A DNA stretch of 64,000 nucleotides from Candidatus Cryptobacteroides sp. (GTDB lineage Bacteria > Bacteroidota > Bacteroidia > Bacteroidales > UBA932), in NCBI GenBank assembly GCA_045133255.1, contig JBGUTV010000045.1:11981-75980 (forward strand), written 5' to 3'. Positions 59,101-64,000 of this stretch are shown here, piece by piece. A program made the translations under genes and the position numbers. The notes under the pieces were generated by a model. That model saw only the letters and a program-made list of their open reading frames with translations. It was not told the origin of the DNA and did no database searches. How positions within the stretch are numbered: position 1 is the first letter of the stretch; every line of letters starts with the position of its first letter.

Positions 59101-61320
59101 ATGAAGAATCATATATTTACCTTATTGACCTTACTGATAGCCTTTGGTTGCGAAAAGCCTGAATCTTATGCAGACTATGTCGATACAAGCATCGGCACAG
59201 GCGGCCACGGCCACGTCTTTGTCGGAGCCAGCGTTCCTTTCGGAATGGTCCAGCTCGGCCCTACAAGCATTCCTCAGCAATGGGACTGGTGCTCCGGATA
59301 CCACGAAAGCGATTCCACTGTAATCGGATTCTCGCACACCCATCTCAGCGGAACCGGCATAGGAGACCTGTTCGATATTACGGTAATGCCAGTGACCGGA
59401 GAAGTTACATATAACAGAGGCGATGGAGAAGACCCTGAGACAGGACTTTGGTCGTATGCAGACAGAAGCCGCGAGATCAGCCGTCCGGGCTATTACAGCG
59501 TGCCTCTGATACGTTACGGCATAACCGCTGAGATGACAGCTAGCGCCAGGGTCGGTTTTCACAGATATACATTTCCTGCATCGGAAGAATCTGCTATTGT
59601 GCTCGACCTTGAAAACGGAGGATGCTGGGACAGGACAATGGATGCATTCATGGAAGTATGCGGCAATAATGCAATAAGGGGCTACAGATATTCGAGAGGA
59701 TGGGCTGATGACCAGAAAGTCTATTTCTACGCGGAGTTTTCCAGACCATTCTCAGAATTTGAGATCATCAGGAAAGAGAAGAAGATATGGAGTGATGAAT
59801 CAAAGATGATGGACCTGTACGCCCGTGCATCTTTCGAAACAAAAGAGGGTGAGCAGATTCTGATGAAGGTCGGAATATCACCAGTAAGCATGGAAGGAGC
59901 CCACGAAAATCTAAAGGCAGAAATTCCTGCATGGGACTTTGACGGCACTGCAGCTCAGGCCTACAAGCTTTGGAACGAGGAACTCAGCCGTATCCGGATC
60001 AAGACATCAGACCCGCAGACAAGGAAAATATTCTACACCGCACTTTACCACACCATGATAGCCCCATCTGTCTTCTGTGACGTGGACAGGACTTATCGCG
60101 GTGCCGACGGGAAGACACACACTGACCCAGGCTACAATACCCACACTACGTATTCACTTTGGGACACATACAGGGCTGCCATGCCTCTTTACAGCATATT
60201 CCAGACAGAGCGATATACTGATATGCTCTGCACAATGATTGCGATCTGCGATGAGCAGGGGAAACTCCCTGTATGGCACCTGCACGGATGCGAGACCAAC
60301 TGCATGGTGGGAAATCCGGGAATCATCCCTATCGCTGACGCAATCGTAAAAGGACTTCCGGGAATCGACTATGCCAAGGCATTCGAGGCTGTCAAGGTTT
60401 CCGCGCTCAGACCGGACAGAGGTCAGGACCTCAGAATGAAACACGGCTACATTCCTTGTGACCTTTTCAACGAGTCCGTAGCCTATGACCTCGAATACGC
60501 ACTCGCCGACGGAGCAGCCGCCCTCGCCGCAGAGAAGCTTGCTCAGACTGACGGGAGATATGTCAAGGAATATGAATACTTCAATGCCCGAAGCAAGTCG
60601 TACAGACACCTTTTCGACCCGTCACTGCGCTTCATCCGCGGCAAGGACAGCAATGGAGAATTCAGAAAGGAATACAGCCCGTTCGCATCAACCCACCGCG
60701 AGGATGATTACTGCGAAGGCAACGGATGGCAATATACATGGCTTGTACCTCATGACTTCGAGGGGCTCGTCGAATGCTTCGGCAGCAAGGAGAACTTTGT
60801 CTGCAAACTGGACTCCCTGTTTACCATTTCTTCGTCAATAGAAGGAGAAGACTCTTCACCGGACATTTCAGGGCTTATCGGACAATATGCACATGGAAAC
60901 GAGCCAAGTCATCATATCATATATCTTTACACTATGGCAGGAGAGCCATGGAAGACAGCCGACAAGGTCCGCGAGGTGACAAATACCCTTTACACAAGTG
61001 CTTCGGACGGACTTTCCGGAAACGAGGATGTAGGCCAGATGTCAGCATGGTACATTCTCTCGGCCATGGGATTCTATCAGGCTGAGCCGGGTTCAGGACG
61101 TTACTGGTTCGGTTCACCGCTGATAGACGAAGCTGAGATACGTACAGCTGGCGGCACATTCAGAATCATTGCTGAAGACAACAGCGAAGAGAACAGATAT
61201 ATCCAGAGTGTGGAGCTGAACGGAAAAACATATGCCAAGGGATATATCGAGCATAAGGACATCGCAGCCGGTGGTACATTGACCATCAAGATGGGACAGG
61301 ATAAGAAAATATGGTATTGA
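59101..61320 (+). CDS. GH92 alpha-mannosidase
   Basis: GASVPFGMVQLGP, GFSHTHLSGTG, SLWDTYRA, EGNGWQY, GQYAHGNEPSHH, GNEDVGQMSAWY. Confidence 0.94.
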   Translation: MKNHIFTLLTLLIAFGCEKPESYADYVDTSIGTGGHGHVFVGASVPFGMVQLGPTSIPQQWDWCSGYHESDSTVIGFSHTHLSGTGIGDLFDITVMPVTGEVTYNRGDGEDPETGLWSYADRSREISRPGYYSVPLIRYGITAEMTASARVGFHRYTFPASEESAIVLDLENGGCWDRTMDAFMEVCGNNAIRGYRYSRGWADDQKVYFYAEFSRPFSEFEIIRKEKKIWSDESKMMDLYARASFETKEGEQILMKVGISPVSMEGAHENLKAEIPAWDFDGTAAQAYKLWNEELSRIRIKTSDPQTRKIFYTALYHTMIAPSVFCDVDRTYRGADGKTHTDPGYNTHTTYSLWDTYRAAMPLYSIFQTERYTDMLCTMIAICDEQGKLPVWHLHGCETNCMVGNPGIIPIADAIVKGLPGIDYAKAFEAVKVSALRPDRGQDLRMKHGYIPCDLFNESVAYDLEYALADGAAALAAEKLAQTDGRYVKEYEYFNARSKSYRHLFDPSLRFIRGKDSNGEFRKEYSPFASTHREDDYCEGNGWQYTWLVPHDFEGLVECFGSKENFVCKLDSLFTISSSIEGEDSSPDISGLIGQYAHGNEPSHHIIYLYTMAGEPWKTADKVREVTNTLYTSASDGLSGNEDVGQMSAWYILSAMGFYQAEPGSGRYWFGSPLIDEAEIRTAGGTFRIIAEDNSEENRYIQSVELNGKTYAKGYIEHKDIAAGGTLTIKMGQDKKIWY

Positions 61321-61322
61321 AT

Positions 61323-63509
61323 ATGAAAAACTTATCTACATATATCGCAGCTCTTCTGCTGATTGCTGGCTGCTGCGGTCCTAAAGCGGAATACGCAGAA
61401 AATCCGGAAGAATATGTTTCCACTCTTGTAGGTTCTCTTTCCGAGCATTCCTTCTCGACAGGCAACACCTATCCGGCGACAGCTACTCCATGGGGCATGA
61501 ATTTCTGGACTCCAGTCACAGGAAAAATGGGAGACGGATGGGCTTACAGATACGATCACCGCTGGATCCGAGGCTTCAAGCAGACCCATCAGCCTTCGCC
61601 GTGGATCAATGACTACGGCCAGTTTGCCATAATGCCGGTGCGGGAAGTGGACCGCGTGGATCAGAATGGCCGAGCAAGCTGGTTCTCACATAAAAGCGAA
61701 ACGGCAAAGCCATATTACTATCAGGTATACCTCGCCGATCACGACATAAAAGTGGAGCTCAGTCCTACAGACAGAGCAGCTTCCTTCCTGTTTACCTTCC
61801 CTGCCAGCGAGAATGCCGGAGTGATAATTGATGCTTACGACAACGGTTCTTTCATCAAGGTGCTTCCTGAGCAGCAGGCTGTTGTTGGTTATACTACCAA
61901 GAACTGCGGCGGAGTTCCGGAGAATTTCCGCAACTGGTTTGTGGTGCAGTTTGACAAGCCGCTGGAAAACATAATGGTGTACGACAGTCCGTCAAAAGGT
62001 CTCGGAGAAGCACTTGAGTTCGAGGGAGAGCATGCCCTTGCCGTAGTGGGGTTTCGCACCAGGAGAGGTGAGAAGGTAAATGTACGCACTGCCTCTTCAT
62101 TCATCTCCCTGGATCAGGCATGGAGAAATCTTGAGGAAATAGGAGACCGCAGCTTTGATGAAGTAAGAGATGAAGCCAAAGATAAATGGAACAAGGTACT
62201 CAGCCGCATTCAGGTAGCCGGAGGTTCGGAAGATCAGTACCGCACATTCTATTCATGTCTTTACAGGTCTACCCTCTTCCCTCGTAAATTCTATGAAATC
62301 GGCTCCGATGGAAAGCCATATCATTACAGCCCTTACAATGGCGAGGTCTGCGACGGATATCTTTACACTGACACCGGTTTCTGGGACACTTTCAGAGCCT
62401 TGTTCCCGCTGCTGAACCTTGTATACCCGTCAGTGAACAAGGAAATTCAGATGGGGCTGGCGAACATAGCCCGGGAGAATGCCTTCCTTCCGGAATGGGC
62501 AAGTCCGGGCCACAGGGGCTGCATGGTGGGCAACAATTCCGCTTCGGTGGTTGCCGATGCAGTGTTGAAAGGCATAACGCCGGAGGAAGACTGGCAGGTG
62601 CTTTATGACTGCATCGTCCACGGCACAGAGAACGTTCATCCTAAAGTAAGCTCATCAGGACGACTTGGGCATGAGTACTATAATTCCATCGGCTACATAC
62701 CTTGCAATGTCGGAATCAACGAAAGCGTAGCCCGAACACTTGAATATGCCTACAATGACTGGTGCATCCTACAGATGGCCAAGAAGATGGGACGTCCTCA
62801 GGAAGAACTTGACAAATGGGAGGCAAGGTCACAAAACTGGAAGAATGTCTTCGATCCATCCCATAATCTTATGCGCGGACGCAATCTCGACGGCTCATTC
62901 CAGGAGCCTTTCAGCCCATACAAATGGGGTGGAGCTTTCACAGAAGGCAATGCGTGGCACTATACCTGGTCGGTGTTCCACGACGTAGAAGGACTGATGG
63001 ACGCAATGGGAGGACGTGAAGAATTCGTGCAGATGCTCGACTCTGTGTTCGTTGTTCCTCCAATCTACGACGACAGCTATTACGGCTACCGCATACACGA
63101 AATCACCGAGATGCAGGTAGCGGACATGGGCAACTACGCTCACGGAAATCAGCCTGCGCAACATATGATTTATCTATATGACTGGGCAGATGAGCAGGAT
63201 AAGACCCGCAAATGGACACGCGAGGTCATGGACAGGCTCTATAGCGCGGCTCCTGACGGATATTGCGGAGACGAGGACAATGGTCAGACTTCTGCCTGGT
63301 ATGTATTCTCGGCCCTGGGATTCTATCCTGTATGCCCGGGGTCAGGAGTATATGCTGTGGGAGCTCCTCTGTTTGATAATGCAGTCATCAACCTGGAGAA
63401 CGGAAAGAAGGTCAGGATCAAAGCTGATGATTCATGCAGCAAAGACGTTCTTTTCATCAAGCATGATGATCTGGTCAAGGGTACCGGACTCAGATTAAAG
63501 ACAAAATAA
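61323..63509 (+). CDS. GH92 alpha-mannosidase
   Basis: STGNTYP, THQPSPWINDYG, GFWDTFRA, EGNAWHY, GNYAHGNQP, GDEDNGQTSAWY. Confidence 0.94.
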   Translation: MKNLSTYIAALLLIAGCCGPKAEYAENPEEYVSTLVGSLSEHSFSTGNTYPATATPWGMNFWTPVTGKMGDGWAYRYDHRWIRGFKQTHQPSPWINDYGQFAIMPVREVDRVDQNGRASWFSHKSETAKPYYYQVYLADHDIKVELSPTDRAASFLFTFPASENAGVIIDAYDNGSFIKVLPEQQAVVGYTTKNCGGVPENFRNWFVVQFDKPLENIMVYDSPSKGLGEALEFEGEHALAVVGFRTRRGEKVNVRTASSFISLDQAWRNLEEIGDRSFDEVRDEAKDKWNKVLSRIQVAGGSEDQYRTFYSCLYRSTLFPRKFYEIGSDGKPYHYSPYNGEVCDGYLYTDTGFWDTFRALFPLLNLVYPSVNKEIQMGLANIARENAFLPEWASPGHRGCMVGNNSASVVADAVLKGITPEEDWQVLYDCIVHGTENVHPKVSSSGRLGHEYYNSIGYIPCNVGINESVARTLEYAYNDWCILQMAKKMGRPQEELDKWEARSQNWKNVFDPSHNLMRGRNLDGSFQEPFSPYKWGGAFTEGNAWHYTWSVFHDVEGLMDAMGGREEFVQMLDSVFVVPPIYDDSYYGYRIHEITEMQVADMGNYAHGNQPAQHMIYLYDWADEQDKTRKWTREVMDRLYSAAPDGYCGDEDNGQTSAWYVFSALGFYPVCPGSGVYAVGAPLFDNAVINLENGKKVRIKADDSCSKDVLFIKHDDLVKGTGLRLKTK

Positions 63510-63528
63510 TAATTAAAACCAAATAATA

Positions 63529-64000
63529 ATGGCAAACTTCAAGACAGATTCACGTATAGTTCTCACACTTGATGCAGGTGGTACAAATATGGTTTTCGGT
63601 GCCATGAGAAGCGGCAACTACATAGTAGACCCGATCACCTTACCTTCAAACTCGCACGACCTTGGCCTATGCCTCGGAACAATGGTCAAGGGATTTGAAG
63701 CTGTGATAGAAAAACTGACAGACAAGCCTGCCGCCATCAGTTTCGCCTTCCCTGGCCCTGCTGACTATCCTAATGGAATTATTGGGGGATACCTTCCTAA
63801 TTTCCCTTCATTCAGAGACGGAGTGGCTCTCGGACCTTTCCTTCAGGAAAAGTTCGGAGTGCCGGTATTCATCAATAATGACGGTGACCTTTTCGCCTAT
63901 GGCGAGGCTTTGGGAGGAACGCTTCCGGAGGTAAATGAAAAGCTTGAGGCTCTGGGAAGTGCAAAGAGATACAGGAATATGCTTGGCTACACTTTCGGCA
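63529..64000 (+). CDS. ROK-family sugar kinase, runs off the window
   Basis: Not in the ORF track. Manual translation MANFKTDSRIVLTLDAGGTN...FAFPGPADYPNGII...PVFINNDGDLFAYGEA. Confidence 0.9.
   Translation, partial: MANFKTDSRIVLTLDAGGTNMVFGAMRSGNYIVDPITLPSNSHDLGLCLGTMVKGFEAVIEKLTDKPAAISFAFPGPADYPNGIIGGYLPNFPSFRDGVALGPFLQEKFGVPVFINNDGDLFAYGEALGGTLPEVNEKLEALGSAKRYRNMLGYTFG

Overview
A 64 kb stretch of chromosome from a Bacteroidales bacterium. Evidence for that: a SusC/SusD pair, TAnnTTTG -7 promoter boxes, AT-rich leaders and a FeoA-FeoB fusion. The flanks hold housekeeping genes: rdgB, S41 protease, epimerase, tatAC, queH, acyl-CoA synthetase, deoxynucleoside kinase, uvrA, nucleoside kinase, MATE, rsgA, polyprenyl synthase, U32, an RND pump, feoB and two GH92s plus a ROK kinase. 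The centre (about 14.0-41.3 kb) is a large starch/alpha-glucan utilisation locus. On the minus strand it runs: MFS sugar permease, susC, susD, multi-module susE/F, surface GH13, pullulanase, GH13, SusA-like GH13, GH97, an unannotated 56-aa peptide, and a fimbrillin-like lipoprotein carrying starch-binding modules. A LytS/LytTR two-component pair sits divergently from it, followed by an OPA-family MFS and GH77. Most notable: (1) the peptide plus pilin-like starch adhesin at the end of the locus; (2) a SusE/F-type module inserted inside a GH13 catalytic barrel; (3) three direct repeats at 21-bp spacing that look like the LytTR operator, with no SusR present; (4) CGTC-tagged palindromic repeats with compensatory stem changes between the hydrolase genes. 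I saw no rRNA, tRNA, CRISPR array, transposase or prophage. All family calls come from motif recognition by eye, not database searches.
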